Origin: Paecilomyces variotii
Taxonomy: Eukaryota
Length of the DNA: 64,000 bases
Assembly: GCA_004022145.1 (NCBI GenBank)
Contig: RCNU01000003.1
Direction: 5' to 3' (one strand)
Below are positions 47,637 to 60,793 of the stretch, piece after piece; position 1 is the stretch's first letter; each line of letters opens with the position of its first letter. A program made the translations under genes and the position numbers. The notes beneath the pieces are model-generated. The model did no database searches and was not told where the DNA came from. It saw nothing but the letters and a program-made list of their open reading frames with translations.

Positions 47637-50500
47637 GCCAAGCCTCCCCCGCAGCTTTGCGGAGAGCTTCAGTAAGTATTATTAGTATTATTAGTATTAT
47701 TTACAGAGCTGACCAGAAAAAGGCTGCGTAGATCGAAGGGTGGCCAGTGCAGATTATGCTACGATCTCAGCGACTAATCATTATTCTCTTTGTGCGGTTG
47801 CTCGGGTAGAAGTTTCCAGGAGTACTATGGTAGAGATCTTGCTGGGAACTGCAGCCCAAGTATAGTTATCATCAACGTTCTAGGTATCTCAGGAAGACAG
47901 TGTACACACTCATGACAATCGCAGCCGTGGCAAAAGCCAATAATAGGCAGCTGACGTTTGCTTGCCTGCCTCTGCGGACCTCCTGGAAGCTATGTATCCA
48001 GGTAGTCTATCCGATGGCCCCTATACTCCGTATAACTAAACTAGTTAACTAACTTGTCATCATCATGTATAGGCTGGAAGAGTCGGGTTGGACAATAATC
48101 AGATAACTAGAGTCTTCTAGCAACAAAGAGTGGTCCCCTTCTTTCCAAGGAGAACGTTCCTATCTGGCAGTGTCCTGCGTAAGCGCCCAGGTGTGTGACA
48201 ATCGGATCACAATAATGGGGATGGAGGTGTGTGATTAGCCACACGCTCAGCCTCGAAGCACCGCCAAACGCGTTTCATTCGCCCCCATTGCCAGCTCCCC
48301 GCTGTGCTGTCGCCAATTGGATGGATGACAGACAGCTCCACGGAGGGAGAATGCCAGGAAGGGGTAACTACATATGTAGTTATTCTTCTGGAGGTCCTAG
48401 AAAGCACAACAATGTCCGGCATGGCAAGGAGGGCAGAAATTAGAACAGAACATGCCAGCTCCTTGACGTGCATCTGGGAGTCGGGATGTTCGGCTGCTGT
48501 TGATCATTTTTGTTTCGATCCCGGACAATAGTTAATTATAATTCCCTAGCCTGCAGCCAGTAGATAGTCACCAAGTCGGGCTCTTCCCCGGACTGCCTGC
48601 CTGCTAGCAAGCAAGCAGTCTTCTGCACGGGCAGCAGCCGGAAGGAGGGAGGACTGGCCGGGGCAGCCAATCCCTGAGGATCGAAACTGGGTGTGGCAGA
48701 CCCTGTTTCCTGTCCCAATCAGCAGGACATTTTATTATTCATTCGACCTACTGAAGGATTTGAGTCTTATTATTACTGCCAGAACAGACGGGAGATAGAC
48801 ACAACGGCCAGTGTAGCTACATTTCCGGATCGGTTGTAGTTTAGCCGGCCAGTGCGCATGATGATTTCCATTCGATGCTCAACTGCGCGTTTGGCAGAGG
48901 CCTCCACGGGCTTCTGCAGGATGGAGCAATTAACAGTTAGTCCATTCCCCAGAGACACGCATGTAATACTTCTATCCGTTGTTATTGCAGGATAGCGAAA
49001 CAAAATGATTGATCCCAGGCAAGACAAGCTGCTTCTGTCTAGAGCAAGTCATTATTATTACTTTGTTACTCACAGTGAGACCTGCTGATAGTCGACGGAG
49101 CCATCTCTCTCTCTCTGAGCCCACCAGTTGTGCTATTGAGTTATTACTACTAGATACTCTCAACTGTCTTCTGGCTTCAGGATTGCCTCTTCCCCTTCCA
49201 AGTTCCCCTTCGTCCTTGTGACCCCGCGAACGGGGAAGTGTATCCGTATCGTCTGTCCTGAGTCCTGACCACCCTCGAGATCATCACCACAGCCATCCTC
49301 TAGGAATAGATAAGCCAATCGATTTTAACTCTCCTCCATCTTGATTCTCCCTCCCTCGTTCTCTGGCTGCCCCACCGGTTGCATCCACGGGGGAGTGTCG
49401 GACTAGAGTATGTATCTGCCATCTGGTATTGTTATTATTCTTATTATTCTCTCTCGCTCTTCTCTCGTTCTGCCCCAGAAAGATTCCCCCCGAGCAAAGC
49501 TGGCCGGCTGATCGCGCCCGGAGATCATCCAGTCCAGCCCGTCGTTCTTCTTAGCGCCGGTCGACGGAGGTCGCTAGTGGACTGGCAAGCTCACTTGTTC
49601 CTTAGGTAGGTCCAGACCATCTGCCGCTCCCGCCCTCAATTTCGCTTCCAACCCAGGGGGGCCAACTACTACGACTACTACTGTATTACAGTATTATTTA
49701 CTGAGTTGAGCCCATCCAGCAATCACCACGAGCTTGTTCCCCCCCGTCTCCTTGGCCTGCAAAAAAAAAGAACGATCCCGGAAAACAGCTCTGCTCAGTG
49801 CTGTGCTGCCACCAAACAACCCCGGCTCAGATCCTGGCGACTCTCCCACGACTCGTCGATCGTTTTCCCACGGCCAGTAATCATACAGTAATAATACTTA
49901 ACTAATTAACTACTACTCTACTTACTATTACACTACTACCACGTCGGTCTCGAGCAAGCAAAGCAGAGCAGAGCAGAGCAGAAACGAAAAGCGAAAGCAA
50001 AGCACCGTACTACCAAGTCAAGTTTCACCCCTCCCACCTCCGTCAGCTTCATCCAACCCAACAAACAAAACAACGAACAAACCGACTGGATCCTGCGTGA
50101 ATCACGGAATTAGTCGATTCGCCAGCCTCGCGACAATTCGACAGGGTCGAAGGTGGAAGGGAAGGTTACGGGCGCCGTGCACGAGCGTCAGGGACCCGAG
50201 GGTGTTCGCTCGGGAGAACTAATTAAGCAGCGAACTTGGACAGCCAGGAGGCGTGACTGCATCTTTCCCAACCGCCCCGAGCTGCAAGAGGGGGAAACCC
50301 GCTCCGCCCATCGACCTGACGGCGGAAACCCTGGAGGTGCTGTGCTTCAGTTTGTCCAAAAGCAGACGGTCGAAGCATCATCTTGACTCTCGCAGCCGCT
50401 GGTTCTGCTGAATCTCGCGGGCCCGCCCCCAATGCTCGGTGGGAGATCACAGCGGCATTCCTCACGCTCAGTTCAGGAGCCTCCAGCTCAAGCTGCATCC

Positions 50501-52406
50501 ATGTCACCCACATCCGATCACCACGACCTGAGTGAGTCCTGCCCTTCCTTTTCGTCCTTCTGTCTCTGACAGACTTGCGTCTTGTCGCTATCGCCCCTCG
50601 AGGGCTTGAAGAAGGTCCGCTAATCTCCGTCCTCTCTCCAGACTCCGCATCATCCCAGTCGGCCGTTGATGAGAACTCCACCGGGAAACTCGACCCGTCG
50701 AAGGATGGAGCTGCCCTGGACCGAAAGTCATCTCATACTGCATCTGTTCGAGGAGTCTCATCTGCCCCCACGGATAACCCCCCTGAACGACCGAAGAAGA
50801 AGCGCTCGTTACTGCTGGGCCCATCTCGGACGTCGTCGAAGCTGAACAAGAAGTCTACCACAGAAGCCGGAAGCGAGTCGAGGCCGGGTGATTCGGGAAG
50901 CCCTGAAGGAGGTCGCAGAGGAAGTATCACGAAAAGGCGGAGAGACACCAGTCGAGCAAGCAGTCGAGCATCGCGACGGAGCAATCAAGAAATGGCCAAC
51001 GCGGAAGGATCCAAGGCTACGGCGCCTGAGCTGACGGACGCGACGAAGACAGAGAAGAAATCGAAAACTTCCTCTAGACTATTCGCTTTTCTGAACTGCT
51101 GCAGTTCCTCCAGCGTGGACAATGAAGATCCTACACTGCCTCCCAAGAAAGCTTTCAAACGGGAACCGGCCCACGGTAGACAAGCTGGTCCGGAGAAGGC
51201 GGACGCCGCTGGAGGCGACTCCAGCATCGCAGAATCGCGCGAACCGAACCCTTTCGGTGACGAGAAGTCAAACCTGGCGGTCACGTCGGATCAGTCGCAG
51301 TCGCAGGTAGATGGAGACCGAAGTTCTGGCGCCGGAGGGGCCGCAGGGTCGCCGCAAGACAGCCGTCTCGACCCATCTGCATCTGCCCAGCGGAAGCCGT
51401 CCTTGCAAGGAAAGTCCGTTGATAGTTCCAACCAGGAGCCGTCGAGGAAGTTGTCCGCGTCGAACGCAGCCGCTGGTGCAGCCACAACGGTCGAAAATGG
51501 TGACATTTCCGCAAGGCCAGCCGATAATGACGCAGCGGCTTCAACCCAATACACGCCGTCCGATAGAGACGACAAAGACGTCACTATGGCCGATGCTCCT
51601 GCAATAGACAGAGACGAGGATGCGGGACAACCTTCTCATGACGAAGGGCAAGTTGTGGCTCTCCTCCCTCCACCGCCGCTGGCACCGACGCTCAAACAGC
51701 CGCCTTCAAGCGTCGGAGAGGGGCAGCAATGGTTGCTACCACCGCCTCTACCTCATCTGCAAAACCGAAAATGCCTCGTTCTCGATCTGGACGAGACCCT
51801 TGTGCACAGTAGTTTTAAAGTAAGTACCGTCTTCCACTCCTTTTCCTCCGTTCCCCAATGAAGACTAATTGCCCTTCCTAGGTCCTTGAGAGAGCTGACT
51901 TCACTATTCCTGTCGAAATCGAAGGTCAGTATCACAACATCTACGTGATCAAGCGACCAGGAGTCGATCAATTCATGAAACGGGTCGGTGAATTGTACGA
52001 AGTGGTCGTGTTCACAGCCTCTGTCTCCAAGGTGAGTGGCACTCCTACGGCACATGGTGATCCATCCGTGACAACGGCTAATAATTGGTGGTAGTACGGT
52101 GATCCTCTTCTCGATCAGCTGGATATCCATCACGTTGTCCATCACCGTCTGTTTAGGGACAGTTGTTATAACCACCAGGGAAATTATGTCAAGGATCTTT
52201 CCCAGGTTGGTCGTGACCTTCGAGAGACCATCATTATCGATAATTCTCCGACTTCGTATATATTCCATCCTCAACACGCGATACCCATCAGCAGCTGGTT
52301 CTCTGACGCTCATGATAATGAGCTACTTGATCTGATACCCGTCCTCGAAGATCTTGCCGGTTCCCGAGTTCAAGATGTGAGCTTGGTTCTCGATGTTACT
52401 CTTTAG
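50501..52406 (+). CDS. psr1: Psr1/CTDSP-family HAD phosphatase, multi-exon
   Basis: [56 protein letters not shown] and IDNSPTSY. The start ([10 protein letters not shown] plus intron) is tentative. Confidence 0.92.
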
Positions 52407-53554
52407 CCTGGGTTATACACAAGGGTTTCTCATAGCGTTGACTGTCTGTGACCGTTTTCTTCCGTTCATTGGGGACTACAGCAGTCCTGCATACACTCTC
52501 ACCCTGTTGCCTTCCTGCTCCCACGTGCTTCCGGACGGGGAGCTGTTTTCTGAATGATACTTGACCGCAACGACCCTCGTACTTTCTCAACAAGATCTGG
52601 ACAGGAAAGGAACAGCCAGCGCCGAGAAAGATCTCCCGTTTCTTGGCATAATCTGATATCACCCTTGGCACGTCGGATTCCTCCTATGTCACTCCTACCA
52701 CTCCATGGCGGAGCCCGCTTACATTGCTCCCAGCGAGCCGGCTTTCCTTATTATATCTCGTTTTGCATTCAGCAGGCGTCTGTTCTAGTCATCAGCTTAA
52801 GATTTGCTGGACTCATGTATCCGCTGTTTTCTTTTTCTCTCAAAAATTTGTCCGTCGACACACGACATTACCATCTCATTTTGTTTTGTTTCTCGTCCCA
52901 CAGCTGCTGTTTATTGATTCCCCACCTCTCATTTTGTTCTCTTTTTTTCTTCCCAGCGAACCTTGTCAGGAACTTTCACAGCGACGGGCAGCTTGTTCTG
53001 CGTTTCAGCGCCCGATCCATTGCGCTAGTCTGAAGGCGTCGAATGTCGCGTAAGCAAGTTACTACGTCGGCATACTTATGATCGATGCCACTGCCATATA
53101 TATGTGTTTCATCCTTTGCGGCTCCTGCGCTGTACATAAAGGCCTTTTGTCATTAAAAAACGACGTTCACCCAACCAACACCTGACAGAAGATACCAGTT
53201 TTGGCGGGAACGTGTATCCCTGTAGAATGCAATAAATAATTGGATTAAAGAACTGAGTTTCTTGTGTAATCGATATAGCTGAACTCTGTACACTTTCGTA
53301 GTAAACTCTTCCGTCGCTAGTCGTGTCGAAGTCAGTGGCTTCTGTATGACGGCCTTTTCGTGCCGCAAACAGCAACTCCAGGAACGGCGCCGCGGGATTA
53401 ACTCCGACGCGGCAGAATCATACACCCACGTCCCCACGTGCTTCTTTCTATACAAGATTCCCATTCTTGTTAAGCTCAGTGTGATCCTCTCTCCGGCTTC
53501 ATTGCAACTAGAAATATCCTCTTCCTTGATCGGCCCTGGACTTGTTCGCATTCG

Positions 53555-55198
53555 ATGTCGACAGACGCGGATTCCGCGCCACCAGCGATCGACGGACAGC
53601 AGCAGCAAGCCGCGCAGACCACAGGGACAGAGATGAAGAGTAGCAGCGGCTGGGATGGGAAATTGAGGGTGGAAAAGAGCGCGGTTATCACGAACCCAGA
53701 AGCTCTTGAGGACCCCGATTATTCGGATGAAGATGCTCCACCTCCAGAGCAGATCGATGCTGATGAAGGTACGCATTGAGCTGGCTCCGCTATACTCGTG
53801 GTCTTATTCTTGATGGAAGACACTGTTTTTCTAGATGATATAATGGGTATAGAAGCTAATGATGTTCCTTTTCCGGTGCAGATCTGTTGGAGGACGTGGA
53901 AGAAGACATTGACGTACACTCCCCCTCACCTTGCTTCGGGATCGGAGAACGAGATCTGTCAGGACGTTCCGCTGAACAATACTTCTGATATCAGGATATC
54001 GACCTCGTGCACTGTCGTATAACATCCATTCCAGCTCTGCATCTGGAGCGGTTCCCCAAAGTCGAGGTGCGTATAGGTTCTTTACCACGTTCCCCGCATC
54101 ACCGCCATTCTCTCGCGGGGATGTGAAGCAGAGACTGGAAAAATATGAAGACTAACAGTTGGGTATCATTATAGAAAATATGCCTACGACAAAACCAGAT
54201 CACGCGCATAGAATTACCCTCTAACATCAGCTCCACCCTCACGGAGCTTGACCTCTACGATAACCTCATTTCACACATCAAGGGTCTGGACGAGTTCACG
54301 AACCTGACGAGTCTCGATCTCAGCTTCAATAAGATCAAGCATATCAAGAACGTGTCGCATCTCACAAAGTTGACTGATCTGTTCTTCGTTCAAAATCGGA
54401 TATCGAAGATAGAGGGGCTAGAGGGTCTGGAGCGGTTGAAGAATCTTGAATTAGGTGCCAACAGGATCAGGGTATGAGCTGGACTTTTTGAGGGCTGTTG
54501 ATTCGATCTCCGAGTGATGCTTATGATTGTTTCTTTAGGAAATCGAGAACCTGGAGACGTTACACTCGTTGGAGGAGCTCTGGCTGGGGAAGAATAAGAT
54601 CACCGAAATGAAGGTGAGAGAGCTGTCTCTTCCTCTATGGTCCCACCAGAGCAGAGGCGTTAACAAACCTCATGTATAGAACCTCGACGCCCTTTCTAAC
54701 CTCCGCATCATCTCCATCCAATCAAACCGCCTCACTAGCATCACCGGCCTGTCGAACCTCAAGAACCTCGAAGAGCTCTACCTCTCCCACAACGCCATCA
54801 CCGATCTCTCCGGTTTGGAGGGCAACACCAACCTGCGTGTCCTCGACTTCTCCAACAACCAGGTCTCGAAACTCGAACATCTCTCCCACCTCGAGCACCT
54901 GGAGGAACTGTGGGGTTCGAACAACCAGATCTCCAGCTTCGAGGAAGTCGAGCGCGAACTGCGGGATAAGAAGGAGCTGAAAACCGTGTATTTTGAGGGA
55001 AATCCGCTGCAGACGAGAGCACCGGCGCTATATAGGAACAAGGTTCGGTTGGCATTGCCGCAGATTATGCAGATCGATGCTAGTAAGTGCCTACGCTCAT
55101 CTTTTTTTTCTTCTTGTCTCTCCCATATCGTTTTATTATTACTGGTAAAACATCTTGCTAACTCGACTCGCTCTACTACAGCCTACGTGAGAACTTGA
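53555..55198 (+). CDS. sds22: PP1 regulatory subunit Sds22 (leucine-rich repeats), multi-exon
   Basis: GWDGKLRV, IDLVHCRI, CLRQNQI, LDLYDNLI, LDLSFNKI, LELGANRI, LWLGKNKI, VYFEGNPLQ...YRNKVRLALPQIMQIDA. Confidence 0.95.
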
Positions 55199-56020
55199 TA
55201 GTCTAGTCTAGCCTCAGTGTAGAATGGACCACGTGTGAATGATGATGAATCGAATCGGAATTTTCCCCTTGTTATACGCTTCTCTTTCAAATCGTTCACT
55301 GTAGTATTGACTATTGTCGAGTAATACCGCATCCCAGTCAATAGAAATGGTTCAGAAAAGCTGTAGGGAATAATTATACCGCAAGAATCTATTCTAATTT
55401 TCTTGGCAGTCTGGTATCTCTAATCTCAAGATATCCATCTCTACCTCGCTTCTCCAACTCATCATCAATTTCAAATTCCATCTAAAAAGAAATAGAGAGA
55501 GAGAGAGAGAGAAACTACCATTGCCAACAGCTGGTTGTAGTTGAATCTCGAAGTCAAGCAAAGTATGATTTCATTTCAGCTGAGTTAGTATTAACATTTC
55601 GCGGGTATATTTGCTTTTATCTGGGGGCCACGCGAAGAGAATGTCAACATCGTCTGGAGATTATTTTGCAGCAGACAATTTTGGGGATGGATGGGGTTGT
55701 TGGGGGGGGGGTTGATTATTTGATTTGGGAGAAAGTTCTTGAAGGTGTATATATGTAGATACATGCATACTTCGGACTTGACGGTTAGATCGCAAGGCTT
55801 TTGCCGCTGGATTAGATGATGAGGGGCATTTCTGAGGTCAGGCCTTTCGTCCTCGTATGCTCGAGATGATCTTCAGGGTTCTAGACCCCTATTTTCCGGC
55901 TTTGGTTGTGGCCATCCCTCTCGACGAGCGCCCCCTATAGACATGTGACAATGAGGGTTCTCGGAGGCTGCATCCGGTAATATATAATCAAGGCCCATTA
56001 TTCAATAACCCCTTCACACC

Positions 56021-56470
56021 TCAAACACCATCAGACGGGACAGTCTTCCACTTCGCCCTCATAAGCTTCATCTCCTCTTTCGGCGACAACCTCGCTGATC
56101 CCAACGTCTCTTCTTCATCTTTCTGCGTCTCTTCCTTCACTTCCGATTCCGCAGCATCTATCTCTTCACCCTTCTTCCCCCCCTTCTTCTCCAACCCATC
56201 CCTATACAACCCCATCAACGACGTCGCCCCCATCCGCACATTCTCATCCTGATACCTCTTCTTAATCCGAAACGGCACATGTTCCTTCCTACTCATCATC
56301 CCATCCGCAAGCTCAGGCAGTGGAATCCCCGTCGATTTCGTCAGGTCATGATACCAATAACTATTCGTGAGGACTTCATATGAATTATGGTACGGGTTGC
56401 GGAGGACTGCTGATTCGTGGCTGTGGCGGGAATAATCGATTTTGCAGGTCATGGTACGTGGGGTTGTTGT

Positions 56471-56509
<39 letters not shown>

Positions 56510-57285
56510 GGATGGGTCCGGGGGGGAGGTTTCGGACCAGGGGTCCATGGCGGATTTGCCTGGTGGGGAGGAGGAGGTCCATTTTGTGTTGGGGGGTGGT
56601 GGTGGGATTTCGATTGTGAGGGGTGATGCTTCGATGGCGCGTGTAGCGGCGTCTGAGGTGTCGAAGATGGCGAGCGTGGCTCGGTCGAGGTTTATGGATG
56701 TGTTGGTTGTGTCGTACTGGGTTTCGGCGTAAGTTTCAAGGAAAAGATAAAACAAAAAGACAGGGATGGAAATGACACTTGATATAGGGTGTATAGGAAA
56801 TGGAAGTAAAGTCTGAATAACTGCAGCAGACACGCATTCGATCTCTTCATCATAGAATATAGCCATGCAAAGAGAGGTGATTCTGGACGCATGAAAAGAT
56901 GGGGGAATTATTTCAACAACGCAGTACAAACAGTCCAACAAGATTGCAACTCATATAAGTATCAGAAAACCAAGTAAAAAAAATAACTAGACAATCAACA
57001 CATCAAAAGCAAAACTCGAATCTAGAAACGAATCGCCCTTCAAAGATAAAGTAACCCACCCAAAACACACATAATACCATGTACGCACGCACGCACGCAT
57101 GTATGTATAAAGAATAAGATAGAAGCACATACCTTCAAGTTTCTAAACGTCACAACTTCCCCAAACCTCTGCAGCGCTGCGAGGACCAGTTTGCTCTCAG
57201 CCAGATTCCGCGGCGCGGGCGTCGTCTGGATGTGGACTTGTTTGAACGCGACTCGGGATCGAAGGGCCGACATGGTCGTGAGCAT
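56021..57285 (-). CDS. Hypothetical protein, 2 exons
   Basis: Exon 1 ...KQVHIQTTPAPRNLAESKLVLAALQRFGEVVTFRNLK ends at a GTATGT donor. Exon 2 follows a CAG acceptor: YDTTNTS...AIFDTSDAATRAIEASPL...SLMGLYRDG. The start may be 57273. Confidence 0.7.
56472..56510. repeat. (GAT)n trinucleotide repeat encoding poly-Ser on the minus strand
   Basis: About 12 GAT units inside the 56021-57285 gene. Confidence 0.9.
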
Positions 57286-58116
57286 CCTTGTCTTGTCCTC
57301 TCTCTTTCCCTCTTGTCTGTTTGAAAGATGTGGGTTGTTTTTTCTCCTCTAAAAGCAGGGTCTCGGGTTTTGAGGGACGGGTTAATGTATGAATGAATGA
57401 ATGAATGAGATGGTTTTGTCTTCTTCCCTTGTCTTTCTAGGGTGAGAATTCTGCCAGTTTTCTGGGCGAAGTTTTGATGCAGAAGATGATATGTGTCCTC
57501 CCGTCTATGTTATTATTAATTAGATCGTGAATCATTACCTTGGAATCAACAAGGTGCCGTATATAATCCAAGAGCTGTGTCGATCGGGTGTGGTGCTGGG
57601 GATGCAGCTGTGGATCTTTTTCTCCAGGTGTCGATTTGGCTTGGCGTTGGCCGATATTTTTCCCTTTGGGGTAATTCTCCGCCATCACCTCAAATCATGC
57701 ATATGCAGAGTCTAGTTACGAGCTTAACTTTATTCAGTCGAATTGACTACAAACTAATCATCAAATGTTTTTAAGGGCACACAGTTAAAGGTGGAATGGA
57801 ATTTATACATTGTCTACTACCGAGAGACATGAATCTTTAAGGTCATAACGTAACAGGTACTGATATACTTAGGGGGAAGCAGATATAGCTGTCGGCTGCA
57901 GCGAACCCGATCATTCCAAATGCGCACATATCCGTCATTGCATATCTCCAGTACGATGCAATGGCGGGTCTGATGAATACGCTCATATCGATCGTCAAAA
58001 AAAGGAAGTACATAGTCGCCCTTATCGCAATCAGGCGCGGCTCATTTTAGCCTGGTTGCGCACCTATCGAAGGTCGAGCGGAGAAAAGTGCCGATGGGGG
58101 GAGGTCATGTCTGCGT

Positions 58117-59220
58117 TTAGAAGATGGGCACGTACATGCCGTACTAGAAGACATTGTTAGAGAGATGCGTTGAAGAAGGGCGTTGAATAGGGTAGAAAAC
58201 TCACGTTGAGGGGGTCGTTGAATCGGAGGTTCTTGTCCAGGGCGCTGATGGCCTTGATATCAGCCTCCTCGAGATCCCACTCGAGCACGTTCAGGTTCTC
58301 AGCCAGACGGTAGGGCTTGTCACTCTTGGGAATGACAGAGATGTCCTGCTGGGTAGACCACCGCAGCAGCACCTGCGCAGCACTCTTGCCGTGCTTGGCG
58401 GCGATCTGCTGGACGACAGGACTGTCGAACAGACGAGGGCAGTTGTCCGCGTTCTCCATGTGGAACTCGAGGAAGCTGAGCGGGCCGAAAGAAGAGTAGG
58501 CAGTGACGCGGAGACCTTCCTTTTGGACGTACTCGATCAGACGGGGCTGGACGAGGTAAGGGTGGTGCTCGATCTGGAGAACAGCAGGACGGATGCGAGC
58601 GTAGCGGAGCAGGTCCATGATCAGCTGGGAGTTGAAGTTGGAGATACCGATGCTGCGGGCGAGCTTCTTGTCAACCAGCGACTCCATGGCAGTCCAGGTC
58701 TCCTGGATGGTAGCGTTGCTGAACTCGATCTCGTTTCCCTGGCTCCAGCCGGGGGGGTACTTGACGGAGGGGTCGACGTATTTCAGAGAAACGGGGAAGT
58801 GGATGTAGTAGAGGTCAAAGTAGTCGACGCCCCAGTCAGCCAGCTGCTTGCGGGCAATCGGCTCGACCTTGTCACCCTCGTGGAAGGTGTTCCACAGCTT
58901 GGAAACGATGAACAGCTCCTCACGCTTCACGATACCCTCCTTGATGGCGCGGGCAACACCCTGACCAGCCTCGACTTCGTTGCCGTAGTCTGTAAACGCA
59001 GTTCCATCAGCTCACTAATTCTATTTCAGGAAGAAACACATCCCCCCTCAAACCCCCCAGGGAAACACCTACCGCAAGCGCCATCGAACAGACGGTAACC
59101 AGCCTTGATAGCGTTGTAGACCTGGTCCGCGCAAGTGTCATTTGCGACCTTCCAGAGACCGAAACCGACACGGGGCATGTCATAGCCGCTGTTAAGCTTG
59201 ATAGTAGCAGGAGTAGGCAT
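58117..59220 (-). CDS. xyrA: D-xylose reductase (aldo-keto reductase AKR2), 3 exons
   Basis: [61 protein letters not shown] and [16 protein letters not shown]. Confidence 0.93.
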
Positions 59221-59472
59221 TTTGTCTGATATGAATTGATTGATGCTAGAACTTTTCTCGTTGCAAGGACGACTTTTGTTGTTTTCTTTTTTTTTCTCCC
59301 CAAGACGGATTTCTCAAGCGTTTTACTCTAGAAAGAAAAGAAGAAAACCAAGAGCGCGGGTATGGCCTGACCTTTTAAGAAAGCTCGATAAATAATAATA
59401 ATTACTACTACTGTCTAGCTTGCGTGGCCACAGAGCTTGCCCCTCCCCCTCCCCTTGGTCTTGAAATTTATC

Positions 59473-60114
59473 CTGGAGGAAAGGCTAAAGCCTCAAGTCA
59501 GGACCCCACAGAGAGCGGGGGAAAGGGAAAACACTCGGAAGGCTCATGATTATTTCTGCCAAATAATAATCAAGCCGCTATGATGGGGTCAAGAGACGGT
59601 TTGCCGGTTGCTGGGAAGTTTTGGACCGGGCTGTTGTGAGATGGGGAGCTGGCTATATCACCCGGTCCGATGACCCCGATGGATGTTTTCCCGGACAGAG
59701 AGAAATAAGCATCTACATACTTATGCTATAATTCTCGTAGACAGTAGATTCTCTATTATTGTTATTATTATTAAAATCAGCAATAGTCAAAACTCATCTC
59801 AGAGCTCAATTGCAAAGCTCACACACACACAGTTGGCAAACCAGCAGAGAATAGAATAGAACATCACAGAACTCCCCGAGATCAAGTAAGTATACGGTAC
59901 GTACTAATACTTCCAGGGACGAGGGAACCCGAACCAAAAAGAAAAAGAAGAAGAACCATAATAAGACATAATAATACCCACCCGGATAAAATGTCCCCAG
60001 ATCGTGCCGGCTAAAATCAAACTTCCCTTTCCCTTTTTATCCCAAACTTCAACTGAAGTCCCGAAAAAGAGAACTCGACTGGGGATATTTTTCATTATTG
60101 GTCCCTTTTTAGCC
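59473..60114. promoter_or_regulatory. XlnR and CreA sites in the xylose reductase promoter
   Basis: GGCTAAA at 59483-59489, 60009-60015 and (reverse) 60108-60114; CGGATAAA at 59983-59990; SYGGRG sites CTGGAG 59473-59478 and GCGGGG 59516-59521. Confidence 0.65.
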
Positions 60115-60498
60115 CCAGGTTGATTTTTTGGGAGTGGATCTCCGGATTTATTACTACAGTATTGCTGTATTATTTTTTGTCTCTTTTTTTTCTTTTTTGC
60201 CTTGGTCGATCTATCCCGCTAAAATGGACCACGGTTGGACCCTTGCCGGCACGAGGGGAACAAATGGGCAATGTAAGGTACGAGATCCATCTCAAGTCAA
60301 TATGACCGACGCGCGCGAAAAATAATCAGTCGCGACGTGGTTTACAACTCGCGTCCGGTGATAAATAGGTAGGAAAACAAAGGAGAAAGACAACGCGATG
60401 TTGGGTTCTTGGGAAATATCCATTGTGAAATTAATGAAATGTAGATAGGTTCTAATATTAATTAGTTACAAGGTGTACAGGATATCTTTTCTATCTCG

Positions 60499-60582
60499 AA
60501 AAAAAAAAGAAAAAGAAAAAGAAAAAGAAAAAGAAAAATAACCGAGTGTAAAAAAGAAAGAGTGAGAGAAAAAAAAAAAAAA
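60499..60582. repeat. (AAAAAG)n / poly-A simple repeats (U-rich on the abaA 3' side)
   Basis: Visible directly in the sequence. Confidence 0.85.
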
Positions 60583-60793
60583 GGGAATAATTCAAAAGAT
60601 CCCAGAGATATCACAGAAATACCCAATCCATGCATGCGCCCGCTTTGCCTTTTGTCCAGGAGTATCATGCCACCAAAAAACACCCAAAAAGAAACGCCGC
60701 CGAAAAAAATGGAACCTGACCAATTCTCCTTGATAAAACCGTACATTACCATCATCATTATTATTATTCATGATTTTTTTTGTTAAATCTGTT

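Noticed and set aside
47640-50500. Short ORFs in the ~3-kb pxa1-psr1 intergenic region (similar ones at 26.1-27.9 kb and 29-30.7 kb)
   Set aside because: No recognisable domains or exon structure; treated as promoter or UTR sequence.
55816-55835. ATGATGA-GGGGCATTT-CTGA, a box C/D-like fragment with partial LSU complementarity
   Set aside because: No complete C/D'/C'/D architecture, and the guide is only 9 nt with a GU pair.
56760-56853. Box C (ATGATGA, minus strand) in the ~410-nt intron of the hypothetical gene
   Set aside because: No downstream CTGA box D and no recognisable guide.
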